A DNA stretch of 64,000 bases. It comes from Lysobacterales bacterium (GTDB lineage Bacteria; Pseudomonadota; Gammaproteobacteria; Xanthomonadales; SZUA-5). Positions 43,524 through 52,828 of the stretch are shown here, piece by piece; within the stretch, counting starts at the first letter, position 1, and each line of letters opens with the position of its first letter. The position numbers and the translations under genes were made by a program. Under the pieces are notes generated by a model. The model did no database searches. It saw nothing but the letters and a program-made list of their open reading frames with translations, and was not told where the DNA came from. The DNA is taken from NCBI GenBank assembly GCA_019187485.1, contig JABAQR010000048.1, forward strand, positions 25,979-89,978. The letters are read 5' to 3'.

Positions 43524-44963
43524 ATGATCGATACCTGGACCGATCTGCTGCCGATGCTGCCCGAGCTGTTCCTGCTCGGCATGGTCAACTTGATCCTGAT
43601 CGCCGGCCTTTTCATCGACGAGCGTCGTCGCGGGCTCGTGCACTTCATCGCCACGCTGACGCTGGCGTTCGCCGCGATCCTGACGCTGCGCGATTTCGAC
43701 ATCGACGGACGGGTCGCGGTGGCCGGCGGCATGTTCATCCGCGACGGTGCCGGCGACGTCCTGAAGCTCTTCGTCTACCTGACGATGGGCATCGTCTTCG
43801 TCTACGCGAAGTTCTATCTGCGCACGCACAAGCTCTTCGTCGCCGAGTTCTACACGCTGGCACTGTTCTCGGTGCTCGGCATGTGCGTGCTGATTTCCGG
43901 CGGCAATCTGCTGACGATCTACCTCGGTCTGGAACTGATGGCGCTGTCCTCCTACGCGCTGGTCGCGCTGGACCGCGACTCGCCGGTGGCCGCGGAATCG
44001 GCGATGAAGTACTTCGTGCTCGGCGCGCTCGCCTCGGGACTGCTGCTCTACGGCATGTCCATCCTGTACGGCGTGACCGGCAGCCTCGATCTGTCCGAGA
44101 TCGCGACGCGCCTGTCTTCGGGGGAGTATCCGAAAGTGGTGCTGGCCTTTGCGGTGGTGTTCATCGTCGTCGGCATCGGCTTCAAGTTCGGCGCGGTGCC
44201 CTTCCACATGTGGGTGCCGGACGTCTACCAGGGTGCGCCGACCGCGATCACGCTGCTGCTGGCCTCGGCGCCGAAGCTGGCAGCGGTCGGCATGACCTTC
44301 CGGCTGCTGTCCGAGGGCCTCGAACCGCTGGCCCGCGACTGGTCGCAGATGCTCGGCTTTCTTGCACTGATGTCGCTGGTGGTCGGCAATTTCGCGGCGA
44401 TCGCGCAGACCAATCTGAAACGGATGCTCGCGTATTCGACGATTTCGCACGTCGGCTTCGTGCTGCTCGGCATCCTCGCCGGCAGCGACGACGGCATGGC
44501 CGCTGCGATGTTCTACGCGATCACCTACGCGCTGATGACCACCGGCGCCTTCGGCATGATCATCGCGCTGTCGAATGCGGGCTTCGAGTGCGAGCGTATC
44601 GAGGACTTCAAGGGCCTGAACCAGCGCAACCCCTGGTTCGCCTTCCTGATGTTGCTGATCCTGGCGTCGCTGGCCGGCTTCCCGCCGCTGGTCGGGTTCT
44701 TCTCCAAGCTTTACGTGTTGCAGGCCGCGATCAATGCCGGCTGGCTGTGGCTGACCGTGGTCGCGGTGGTGATGGCGGTGATCGGCGCCTACTACTATCT
44801 GCGCGTCATCAAGGTCATGTACTTCGACGAGCCCGAGCACGAACACGCGCTGCAGGCGCCCGGCGATGTGCGCGTGGTACTGGCCGCGAACGGCCTGCTG
44901 CAGCTCCTGCTGACCTTCTTCGTCGGCTCGCTGACCGCGCTCTGCGTTGCCGCCTGGCAGTAG
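43524..44963 (+). CDS. nuoN: NADH-quinone oxidoreductase subunit N
   Basis: 479 aa with FHMWVPDVYQGAPT. Last nuo gene. Confidence 0.95.
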   Translation: MIDTWTDLLPMLPELFLLGMVNLILIAGLFIDERRRGLVHFIATLTLAFAAILTLRDFDIDGRVAVAGGMFIRDGAGDVLKLFVYLTMGIVFVYAKFYLRTHKLFVAEFYTLALFSVLGMCVLISGGNLLTIYLGLELMALSSYALVALDRDSPVAAESAMKYFVLGALASGLLLYGMSILYGVTGSLDLSEIATRLSSGEYPKVVLAFAVVFIVVGIGFKFGAVPFHMWVPDVYQGAPTAITLLLASAPKLAAVGMTFRLLSEGLEPLARDWSQMLGFLALMSLVVGNFAAIAQTNLKRMLAYSTISHVGFVLLGILAGSDDGMAAAMFYAITYALMTTGAFGMIIALSNAGFECERIEDFKGLNQRNPWFAFLMLLILASLAGFPPLVGFFSKLYVLQAAINAGWLWLTVVAVVMAVIGAYYYLRVIKVMYFDEPEHEHALQAPGDVRVVLAANGLLQLLLTFFVGSLTALCVAAWQ

Positions 44964-45228
44964 CCGTTCGCACTCGAGACGGCGCCAGTCGAAGGATCCA
45001 GTCGCTCACAGTTCCCGCCGGCCCATCGCTGCGCCGATGCCGGCCGGCAGGCCAGCACGACGAGGGCCTGCGTGGGAGGGCGCACGCGCGCTTCGTCGGG
45101 AAAGATCCAAGACACTCCTTGTCGTCACCGGATGGCCTGCGCAAATCTGCCGCGAACGCTGTGGCAGCGGACTCGCACGGGCGACGGTGCAGGTGTACAT
45201 TGACCGCGCGCGGATTCTGGAGGTCGCC

Positions 45229-46323
45229 ATGAATGCCAGTTCGCCTGCCTGTGTCCTTGCCCCGCTAGCCGCGCTGTGCGCGATGATGGGCGCCGCGAGC
45301 GCCGGCGCACCTCCGGATGCCATCTTCGCCAATGGTCACGAGAGCTTGCCGATCATCGCGCCGGCGAACACCTGGACCTTCGTGCCCATCGCGGGAACGC
45401 GCTGTGGCAACAACAGTGGCACCGGCATCGGCATCAACCCGAGCAGCAGCGGCGGTGCGCGCGTGCTGCTGTTGCTGAGCGGCGGCGGCGCCTGCTGGGA
45501 CACGCTGACCTGCATTACCCTGCAGACCGCCAGCAACTTCAACGGGGGATATGGGCCTGCGCAGTTCGCCAACGATCTGCCCTCGCTGGGCAGCGGAGCT
45601 CTCGACCGCAGCTCGCCTACCAACCCCTTTCGGGACTTCCACTACGTCTTCGTGCCCTACTGCACCGGCGATCTGCATTTCGGCAGCACGCCATCCATCG
45701 ACTATGGCGGCAATGAGCGCAGTCACCTCGGCTATCACAATCTCAACGCGATCGTGGATCGCGTGATCGCAACCTTCCCGAATCCCGGGCGGGTGGTGCT
45801 CGGCGGAATCAGTGCAGGTGGTTTCGGCGCCGCGTTGAACTGGACGCGGTTTCAGCGGCTATACGGCAGCGTACGCGTGGACATGATCGACGATTCTGGG
45901 CAGTTCATGCCGGCAGCGATCGTGCCGCCGGCTAGTGCCTCCGAGCAGGCTCGATTCGCCAGCTGGAACCTCGCAAGCACGCTGCCGGCCGACTGTTCGG
46001 CATGTTTTGGCGGCGGCCTCGACAACATCTATTCCCATAACGCAAACGCCCTGCCGGGCAACCGCGGCGCCCTGCTGTCCTTCCGACCCGATCCGACGAT
46101 CGCCTCCTTCTTCCAGATCAGCACGTCCAGCTTCACGACCGGACTGAACACGATGCTGACCACGCGTTGGGATCCATTCCCGAACCGACACTACTTCATT
46201 TCCGGCAATTCCGGTCACGTACTCGCCAACAATCTGGCCCTGAGCGTGAACGGCGTCTCGCTGGAAACTTTCCTGACGCGAATGGTGAACGACGATCCGA
46301 ACTGGGCCAACGTCACACCTTGA
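45229..46323 (+). CDS. Secreted esterase-like protein (pectin-acetylesterase/Notum-like family, tentative)
   Basis: Start at MNASSPACVLAPLAALCAMMGAASAG (signal peptide). The motifs LLSGGGACWD and VPYCTGDLHFG resemble the PAE-family GGGWC / YCDG signatures. Confidence 0.55.
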   Translation: MNASSPACVLAPLAALCAMMGAASAGAPPDAIFANGHESLPIIAPANTWTFVPIAGTRCGNNSGTGIGINPSSSGGARVLLLLSGGGACWDTLTCITLQTASNFNGGYGPAQFANDLPSLGSGALDRSSPTNPFRDFHYVFVPYCTGDLHFGSTPSIDYGGNERSHLGYHNLNAIVDRVIATFPNPGRVVLGGISAGGFGAALNWTRFQRLYGSVRVDMIDDSGQFMPAAIVPPASASEQARFASWNLASTLPADCSACFGGGLDNIYSHNANALPGNRGALLSFRPDPTIASFFQISTSSFTTGLNTMLTTRWDPFPNRHYFISGNSGHVLANNLALSVNGVSLETFLTRMVNDDPNWANVTP

Positions 46324-46403
46324 ACGGGTACGCGGATACCTGTGTGGCTTGCGGCCACCGCCCGCCGCGCGAAATCGGCAGGCGCGGCGGCGGCCGCCGG
46401 CAC

Positions 46404-46622
46404 TCACAGCCTGCCGGTCCTGCAAAAGCGGTAGCAGTTCTCCCGTTCGCGACCACAGCCCGCATGGGTGCCGCGTTCGGCGACGCATTCATTGAAGAGA
46501 TCCCAGCACAACCTCTCGCACGGCGAGCCGAAGAGATAGGAGGCGCGCGACACCTGAGGAAAGGCTGAGAGCGCCAGGCCGAGCGTGAGACCGACCACCG
46601 ATATCAGCATTTTTGAACGCAT
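46404..46622 (-). CDS. Small secreted six-cysteine peptide, paralog 3
   Basis: MRSKMLISVVGLTLGLALSAFPQVSRA | SYLFGSPCERLCWDLFNECVAERGTHAGCGRERENCYRFCRTGRL. It has the same Cys spacing and ERG..GCGRER core as the other two. The SD is weak. Confidence 0.7.
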   Translation of the reverse strand: MRSKMLISVVGLTLGLALSAFPQVSRASYLFGSPCERLCWDLFNECVAERGTHAGCGRERENCYRFCRTGRL

Positions 46623-46685
46623 GGAAGAAATCCCGGGAGTTTTGGAGGAGTTGTGGATGTTCGCAAGACGGGCGACGGTGCCCGG

Positions 46686-46898
46686 TTAACCGTTGCCGTA
46701 GGCACTACAGAGATTGAGGCATTCGCGTCGCTCGCGGCCGCAGCCGTTCTTGAGCCCGCGTTCCTGGATGCAGATGTGATACGCGAGCGTGCAAATGCCA
46801 TCGCAAGTGACGGTGTAGGCAGCCGATGGGCGCGGAATGGCAGAGATACCAAGGCCGATCAGCAGACCTGCGATGGTGAGACACAGCTTGGATTTCAT
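46686..46898 (-). CDS. Small secreted six-cysteine peptide, paralog 2
   Basis: MKSKLCLTIAGLLIGLGISAIPRPSAA | YTVTCDGICTLAYHICIQERGLKNGCGRERRECLNLCSAYGNG. An AAGGAAG SD lies upstream. Confidence 0.75.
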   Translation of the reverse strand: MKSKLCLTIAGLLIGLGISAIPRPSAAYTVTCDGICTLAYHICIQERGLKNGCGRERRECLNLCSAYGNG

Positions 46899-47115
46899 GG
46901 AGGACTTCCTTTCTTGTACGCGTGGGGGTGGAACGCTCCCGCCCGGTCGTACGGTTGCCTGATGGGCGGGAGCATGGTCGGGAGGATGAGTAGCGAACTG
47001 CGCGCCCGACCGACGCGCGGCAGTTCGGTGATCGACACCGGGCAGGAGTCCAGCGCCGCAAATCGTTGTATTCAGGTCGACGGCGAATACGCCATCGCGA
47101 GTCTGTAGACGCGCT

Positions 47116-47328
47116 CTATTCGCAGGATTCCAGGCAACTCCGCCGCTCGCGCCCGCAGCCGGCCCTCGCGCCGCGTTCGGCCACGCAAAGGTGATACCTG
47201 AGCTGACAGTCGTCCTGACAGGTCAGGAACAAGCCGGGCGAATCGAAGGCCAGCGAGGTGCGTGGCAGAAGCGAGACTGCGATACCGAGTGCGAGGCCAA
47301 GCGCGGATAGTGCAAGCTTTTGAAACAT
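47116..47328 (-). CDS. Small secreted six-cysteine peptide, paralog 1
   Basis: MFQKLALSALGLALGIAVSLLPRTSLA | FDSPGLFLTCQDDCQLRYHLCVAERGARAGCGRERRSCLESCE. An AAGGAGAG SD lies upstream, inside a relatively AT-richer leader of about 200 nt. Confidence 0.75.
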   Translation of the reverse strand: MFQKLALSALGLALGIAVSLLPRTSLAFDSPGLFLTCQDDCQLRYHLCVAERGARAGCGRERRSCLESCE

Positions 47329-47525
47329 GTCTGCTCTCCTTCAGGGGAAACCATTGGAAACACCACGAATGTCCCGCGAGGCGTGTCGCTCCCACTCCAG
47401 TCGTCGGGGCGGAGGCGAAAAAGGTTTATCGAGTACGCGTCCTCCCGGATGTGCGGGTGAACATCTTCAAATTCGCGGGCGACGGATCGCGCCGCGACCG
47501 CCAGGTGGGAGCCGCCAGCGAGTAT

Positions 47526-47954
47526 TCAGGGCGCAGAACGCGCGAGGCCGTGCGTGCTGGCCACGCCCGTCTGACCCGAGCCACCGAATAGTTCCCGATA
47601 GGCCTCCGGCTGGAAACCCCGGATCAATCGATCCGGCACGATCAGCACCGGCACACCGCGCTCTCCAAGAGCTTTGAAGGCTGCGTCGGCCGTTTCCGAC
47701 TGATCGATCGCCAATTCGCGGTACTGCACGCCGAGAGTCCGCAGACTTTCGCGCGCCTTCTGACAGAAGGGGCAGGTCGTGGTACTGAACAGCACGACGT
47801 CGGTGTCGTACTCGGCCAGCAGCCCACGGTAGTCTCGGACTTCCACCGATCGCGGTTGATTCCACTCCCGGTAGACCTGCTTGCCGCCAATGCCGGCAAG
47901 CCCGCCAACCAGCACGAACATCATCAACCACGCAATTTGCTTGATCGTCCGCAT
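47526..47954 (-). CDS. Membrane-anchored glutaredoxin/NrdH-fold protein (CPFC active site)
   Basis: Start at MRTIKQIAWLMMFVLVGGLAGIGG (one TM helix; GGAG SD upstream). The thioredoxin-fold core follows: VVLFSTTTCPFCQKARESL...GVPVLIV. Confidence 0.8.
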   Translation of the reverse strand: MRTIKQIAWLMMFVLVGGLAGIGGKQVYREWNQPRSVEVRDYRGLLAEYDTDVVLFSTTTCPFCQKARESLRTLGVQYRELAIDQSETADAAFKALGERGVPVLIVPDRLIRGFQPEAYRELFGGSGQTGVASTHGLARSAP

Positions 47955-48170
47955 GTACGCTCCGTCCGGGTGATTGGCAGCTTGGATGCCGGGCGCCGCA
48001 ATCTGGCGCCGAGTCCGGTATCCGTGCTCAACCCGATTACGCGACAAGGCGCACTCTGGATGCAGAGCACCCACGGCAGAGAGAGCGAATCCATCGACGC
48101 CGTCGACGGTCGCAGGATCCGGATACAACCTCGGCGCGACGGAAACAGCGACCCGATGCCAGGAGACTGC

Positions 48171-49637
48171 TCAGGACAGCAGCCGTTGCAGCTTGCGCGC
48201 CTCCTCGCTGTCGGCACTGTTGGCGTGGAGTCGCTGGCAGAGGTCGCGCGCGGCTTCGATGTCGCCGTCCTCGAGGGCGGACAGGGCGAGGCGCAGGGCG
48301 AGCCTTCGGGCCGCCTCGCGGGGTTCGCCGGTGTTGAGCAGGACGTGCACGATCGGTGCAGCAGCGTGGCGTCGACCGCCGCCGAACCAGCGGCTGCCGA
48401 CGGCGAGCAGATCTTCGGTGGACAGGCGGGGCCGGTGACCCGTGGCATTCAGGTACTCTTCGAACAGCGCGATGTCATCGTCGAGTTTCGCCGATGGTTG
48501 CAGACCGCCGACCAGCAGGCGTCGCGCGGCCTCGTGGTAGGCCGTTTCCTGCGGACGATCGCGGCACGCGCGCAGGCGCAGCAGCCAGGCTTCGCGCTCC
48601 GTGGGATGCTGCTCGACGAGGCGTGTGCTGAGCTGGTGGGCGCGCGCGAACTCGAGCCGACCGAGGGCCGCTCGCGTGGGGCCGTAAAGGTCGGGCAGCG
48701 CGGATGTCTCGTGCGACTCGTCGAGCACCTCGCGACGTTCCCAGCCGAGCTTGCGGATCGTCGCGGCGACCAGCGCGCCGGCGACGATGCCGCCGGCGTG
48801 GGCGTCGAAGGCCACTTTCGCCTCCGGCAACGAGACCATCTGGTACAGCTCCCAGCCCAGCCAGACCGGCAGCAGCAGCAGCGCCGGGACGCGCACGGAG
48901 TCGAAGATCACGAAAAACCAGTAGAAAACGCGGATGCGGCGCATGCCCCAGACCACGCAGCAGGCGCCCATCAACGCGGCGATCGCGCCGGAGGCACCAA
49001 GCAGACTGCCGAAATCGCCCAGGTGGCGCACCACGCTGACCGTGCCGGCACAGAGGCCACCGAGCAGGTACACCCCGAGGAAGAGCCAGGGGCCGAGCGC
49101 GGCCTCGGTCATCAACCCGAGCAGCGCCAGCATGACCATGTTGCCGATCAAGTGCCCACCGCTGCCATGCAGGAACATCGACGAGAAGTAACGTGGGGCA
49201 CTGGGCTCATGGAACAACAGCACATGCCGGGGCGTGAAGGCGCGCAGCAACCTGCGCTCGAATTCCGCGCGCTGCACGCGCACCGACGTGGCGCGCGGGT
49301 TGTCGCGGTCGTGCAGCGGCGTCCGCGAGATGCGCGTCGCGAAGGTTGGATCGATCGCCTGTACCTGCACCGCCAGTTGCGCCTGTGCCGGCGGCGGCAG
49401 TGATTGCAGTGTCGTGGCCAGGTCCGGACGCTCGCGCGAAAGCAGATGTTCCCGCAACGCGTCCAGTTCGAGTTCGAGCAGTCCACTGCGCCGATAGAAA
49501 TCGGCGGCCTCGGCGAGTGCGCGCTCGTCGCGTGCCTGCGGACCGATGTAGACCAGCACGTTGACGGCGATCAGCAGCGCCGTCACCCACGGAAAATTCG
49601 CCAGCGTCGGCTTGCGATGGAGCGGGATGATCAGCAT
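48171..49637 (-). CDS. Rhomboid-family intramembrane serine protease with a C-terminal helical-repeat domain
   Basis: Motifs FLHGSGGHLIGNM (HxxxN), GASGAIAALMG (GxSG, catalytic Ser) and AHAGGIVAG (catalytic His). 488 aa. A GGGAGG SD sits in the 21-nt gap after prpC. Confidence 0.85.
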   Translation of the reverse strand: MLIIPLHRKPTLANFPWVTALLIAVNVLVYIGPQARDERALAEAADFYRRSGLLELELDALREHLLSRERPDLATTLQSLPPPAQAQLAVQVQAIDPTFATRISRTPLHDRDNPRATSVRVQRAEFERRLLRAFTPRHVLLFHEPSAPRYFSSMFLHGSGGHLIGNMVMLALLGLMTEAALGPWLFLGVYLLGGLCAGTVSVVRHLGDFGSLLGASGAIAALMGACCVVWGMRRIRVFYWFFVIFDSVRVPALLLLPVWLGWELYQMVSLPEAKVAFDAHAGGIVAGALVAATIRKLGWERREVLDESHETSALPDLYGPTRAALGRLEFARAHQLSTRLVEQHPTEREAWLLRLRACRDRPQETAYHEAARRLLVGGLQPSAKLDDDIALFEEYLNATGHRPRLSTEDLLAVGSRWFGGGRRHAAAPIVHVLLNTGEPREAARRLALRLALSALEDGDIEAARDLCQRLHANSADSEEARKLQRLLS

Positions 49638-49658
49638 CGCCGCCTCCCGCCACCCGAT

Positions 49659-50813
49659 TCAGACGCGCTGTTCCAGCGGATCCCAGGGACGTTCGTCGGG
49701 GCCGGTGTAGTGGGCGCTCGGGCGGATGATCTTGCCGTCCTGGCGCTGCTCGATGACGTGCGCGCACCAGCCGGTGGTGCGTGAGACCACGAACAGCGGC
49801 GTGAACATCGGCGTCGGCACGCCCATCATGTGGTAGCTCGATGCGCTGTACCAGTCGAGGTTCGGGAACATCTTCTTGAGGTCCCACATCAGCGACTCGA
49901 TGCGCTCCGAGACCGCGAACAGGCGCCGATTGCCGCCATCCTCGCACAGGCGCCGGCTGATCTCCTTGATGATCACGTTGCGCGGATCGGAGATCGTGTA
50001 GACCGGGTGGCCGAAGCCGATGATGATCTCCTTGCGCTCGACGCGCGCACGGATGTCGGCCTCGGCTTCGTCGGCGCTGCGATAGCGCGCGATGATGTCC
50101 ATCGCCACTTCATTGGCGCCGCCGTGCTTGGGCCCGCGCAGCGCGCCGATGGCTGCGGTGACTGCCGAGTAGATGTCCGCGCCGGTGCCTGCCACCACGC
50201 GCGCGGCGAAGGTGCTGGCGTTGAACTCGTGCTCGGCGTAGAGGATCAACGACTGGTCGAGCGACCGCACGTGCAACTCGTGCGGTCGCCGGCCATGCAA
50301 CAGGTGCAGGAAGTGCGCGGCGACGCCCTCGTCGTCGGTCTCGACGTCGATGCGCGCGCCCGAATGGCTGAAGTGGTGCCAGTACAGCAGCATCGAGCCA
50401 AAGCTCGCGATCAGGCGGTCGGCGATGTCGCGCGCCTCGGCCAGCGGATGACTTTCCTTCTCCGGCAACACGGCGCCGAGCACCGAGCAACCGGTGCGCA
50501 TGACGTCCATCGGATGGGTGGACGGCGGCAGCATCTCGAGCGCGTCCTGGACGATCGCCGGCAGTCCGCGCAGACGCTTCAGCTTGCTCTTGTAGGCCTT
50601 GAGCTCGGCGATGTTCGGCAATTGGCCGTGCACCAGCAGGTGCGCGACTTCCTCGAAGCAGGCGTGCTTCGCGAGGTCATGGATGTCGTAGCCGCGGTAG
50701 GAAAGATCGTTGCCGGTGCGGCCAACCGTGCACAGCGCGGTGTTGCCGGCGGCGACACCGGACAGCGCGACCGACTTCTTGGCCTTGGGCAGGATCTGTG
50801 CGGCATCGGACAT
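49659..50813 (-). CDS. prpC: 2-methylcitrate synthase / citrate synthase family
   Basis: [50 protein letters not shown] closely parallels E. coli PrpC as recalled. A GGAG SD lies upstream of this ATG. Confidence 0.88.
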   Translation of the reverse strand: MSDAAQILPKAKKSVALSGVAAGNTALCTVGRTGNDLSYRGYDIHDLAKHACFEEVAHLLVHGQLPNIAELKAYKSKLKRLRGLPAIVQDALEMLPPSTHPMDVMRTGCSVLGAVLPEKESHPLAEARDIADRLIASFGSMLLYWHHFSHSGARIDVETDDEGVAAHFLHLLHGRRPHELHVRSLDQSLILYAEHEFNASTFAARVVAGTGADIYSAVTAAIGALRGPKHGGANEVAMDIIARYRSADEAEADIRARVERKEIIIGFGHPVYTISDPRNVIIKEISRRLCEDGGNRRLFAVSERIESLMWDLKKMFPNLDWYSASSYHMMGVPTPMFTPLFVVSRTTGWCAHVIEQRQDGKIIRPSAHYTGPDERPWDPLEQRV

Positions 50814-51145
50814 CGGGAACTCCATGAAATCGACGCGACCATCGCGCGGGCAATCCGTGATTCTAGCCCGAATCTTTCACAACAACCGGGGAATCTCGCC
50901 TATCTCGTTGATATGGCTATGGATACAGCCACAACACTCCGTACGAGCCATGCACAAGACTGCTCCTGGACGGGCCCACCCCGAGCCAGCGACGCTTTCC
51001 TGTCCGCGCTGCATTCGGAGGGCGCCGACCGGCAAAAGCACGCCATGCGCGATTCCGCCTCAGCCTGTGCGTCCGGTCACTCCAGAACCCCGGACGAAGC
51101 GACCCTGTTGCATCCTTCACGGGTCAAAGCGCCCCGGTGCGGAAC

Positions 51146-51748
51146 TCACTCCAGGGAAGTCTGGACGGCCAGCCGCAGCGCCTGCGCAATCATCGCCAGC
51201 GGCAGGCTCGGGGTTCCGGGACGCACGACCACATGCTCGCTGGCATAGGGCACGTGGATGAAGCCGACGCGCAACGATGTGGTTTCGGTGGCGTGGCGCA
51301 GGCGGAAGAACAACTCGTTGCAGACGAAGGCGCCGGCGCTCAGCGAGGGCGTGGCGGGGATGCCGGCGGCGTGCAGGCGGGCGACGATGCGGTCCACCGG
51401 CAGGGTGCTCGCATAGGCCAGCGGCGCACCCCGTACCAGGACCTTCGCGCGTGGCTGGCGACCACGGTTGTCGGGGATCCGCGCATCCGCGAAGTTCAGT
51501 GCGAAACGCTCCGGCGTGATCTCGGCCCGGCCGACCGCGAGCCCGGTGGCGATCACCAGCGCCGGTCGCTGCCTGGCCATCTGCCGCAGCAGTTTCAGGG
51601 CCGCGACCTTGAAGGCGGTCGGCAGGCACAGCGCGCGCACCCGGTGGCCGGCGACCACCTCACCGTCCAGCATCGAGCAGGCTTCGGACGACGGATTGCG
51701 CGGGTCGCCGCCGAAGGGTTCGAAGCCGGTCAGCAGGATCTCGCTCAT
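51146..51748 (-). CDS. pcp: Pyroglutamyl-peptidase I
   Basis: MSEILLTGFEPFGG and SLSAGAFVCNELFF (catalytic Cys context). 200 aa. Confidence 0.92.
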   Translation of the reverse strand: MSEILLTGFEPFGGDPRNPSSEACSMLDGEVVAGHRVRALCLPTAFKVAALKLLRQMARQRPALVIATGLAVGRAEITPERFALNFADARIPDNRGRQPRAKVLVRGAPLAYASTLPVDRIVARLHAAGIPATPSLSAGAFVCNELFFRLRHATETTSLRVGFIHVPYASEHVVVRPGTPSLPLAMIAQALRLAVQTSLE

Positions 51749-52677
51749 CGGAAGCACAGCACTCCCAGCAGCATCAGGTTGGCGGCGAGCAGCGGGATCG
51801 CGGTCGGTATCTGGGCGCGGATCACCGCGTTGCGATCCTTCAAGTCGAGCAGCGCGACCGGCACCAGGTTGAAGTTGGCCGCCATCGGCGTCATCAGCGT
51901 GCCGCAGTAGCCGGAGAGCATGCCGACCGCCGCCAGCGGTGCCGGATCGGCGCCGTGCACCTGCATCAGGAAGGGCAAGCCGATGCCGCCGGCGATCACC
52001 GGGAAGGCCGCAAAGGCATTGCCCATTGCCATCGTCAGCAAGGCCATGCCGAGGCCGTAGGCGACCACCGCGACCCAGCGCACGTCGAGCGGCACCAGGG
52101 CGCCGATCGCGCGCGCCAGCGCGTCGCCGACGCCGGCCTTCGAGAACAGTGTGCCGAGCACCGCCAGCAGCAGCGGCAGCAGGATCGCCCAACCGATCGC
52201 CTCGACGAGGTCGCCGCCGCGCGCGAGCGCGAGCGCCGCTTTCTCGCGGGTCAGCCGCAAAGCCAGGGCGAGCGCCAGCAGACAGGCGCAGGTGAGACCG
52301 AACAGCGCCGGCAGGTGGCCACCGAGGACCGGCTTGTCGTCGATGCGCCAGTACGGCAGGGTCAGCGTCAGCATGATCGTGATCGCCGGGATCGCCAGCA
52401 CCGGCAGCAGCAGTCGCGGATGCCCGGCTGCCCCGTTCGCCGCCGGAGCGATCGCACTCATCAACGGCAACCCGAATCCGGCGATGAGCGCGATCGCCAG
52501 CACGCCGACGCCGGCCAACGCCGGCGGCAGCCAGTCGCCGACGAGGTAGAGCAGCGAGAGCATCGCGAAGAAGCCCGCGCGTGCGATGCGTGCCGGCCGC
52601 TCCCGGTCCCGCCACGCGCGCACCGCGATCAGCGCGAAGTAGCCGCCGAGCAGCCAGTAGATGGGTGTCAGGGACAT
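51745..52677 (-). CDS. DUF979-family integral membrane protein
   Basis: 310-aa polytopic protein. Its stop overlaps the pcp start. The DUF969/DUF979/pcp association is a known conserved neighbourhood (recalled). Confidence 0.75.
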   Translation of the reverse strand: MSLTPIYWLLGGYFALIAVRAWRDRERPARIARAGFFAMLSLLYLVGDWLPPALAGVGVLAIALIAGFGLPLMSAIAPAANGAAGHPRLLLPVLAIPAITIMLTLTLPYWRIDDKPVLGGHLPALFGLTCACLLALALALRLTREKAALALARGGDLVEAIGWAILLPLLLAVLGTLFSKAGVGDALARAIGALVPLDVRWVAVVAYGLGMALLTMAMGNAFAAFPVIAGGIGLPFLMQVHGADPAPLAAVGMLSGYCGTLMTPMAANFNLVPVALLDLKDRNAVIRAQIPTAIPLLAANLMLLGVLCFR

Positions 52678-52692
52678 GCGAGCAACCGCGAG

Positions 52693-52824
52693 GTGCGTGG
52701 CACGGGGCACGCGGCAGGCGAAGCCGCAGTCGCACGCGGGCGGAAGGTCCCGGCTGGAAAGCGACCGGCGCCGAACTTGCGACGGCCCGCCGTCCCCGTG
52801 CCCCGTGCTCCCTGCCCCACGTCC
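52693..52824. repeat. Palindromic tandem-unit element, copy G (GGCACGG-type units)
   Basis: Left arm GTGCGTGGCACGGGGCACGCGGCAGG, a centre of about 75 nt, and right arm CCCCGTGCCCCGTGCTCCCTGCCCCACGTCCC. It fills the 151-nt DUF969-DUF979 junction. Confidence 0.8.
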
Positions 52825-52828
52825 CGCT

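Noticed and set aside
46686-46898. A lipoprotein signal (Cys at residue 6 of peptide paralog 2).
   Set aside because: The context KSKLC precedes, rather than follows, the hydrophobic core and does not fit an L-(A/S)-(G/A)-C lipobox. The other paralogs lack it.
46899-47115. A degraded fourth peptide gene in the 217-nt spacer between paralogs 1 and 2.
   Set aside because: The minus-strand translation shows no Cys pattern or signal-like segment. The region contains hairpins instead.
48171-49637. The rhomboid as a rhombosortase acting on GlyGly-CTERM substrates.
   Set aside because: The protein is far longer than rhombosortases and has an extra soluble domain. The adjacent peptides have no C-terminal Gly-Gly/TM/basic sorting signal.
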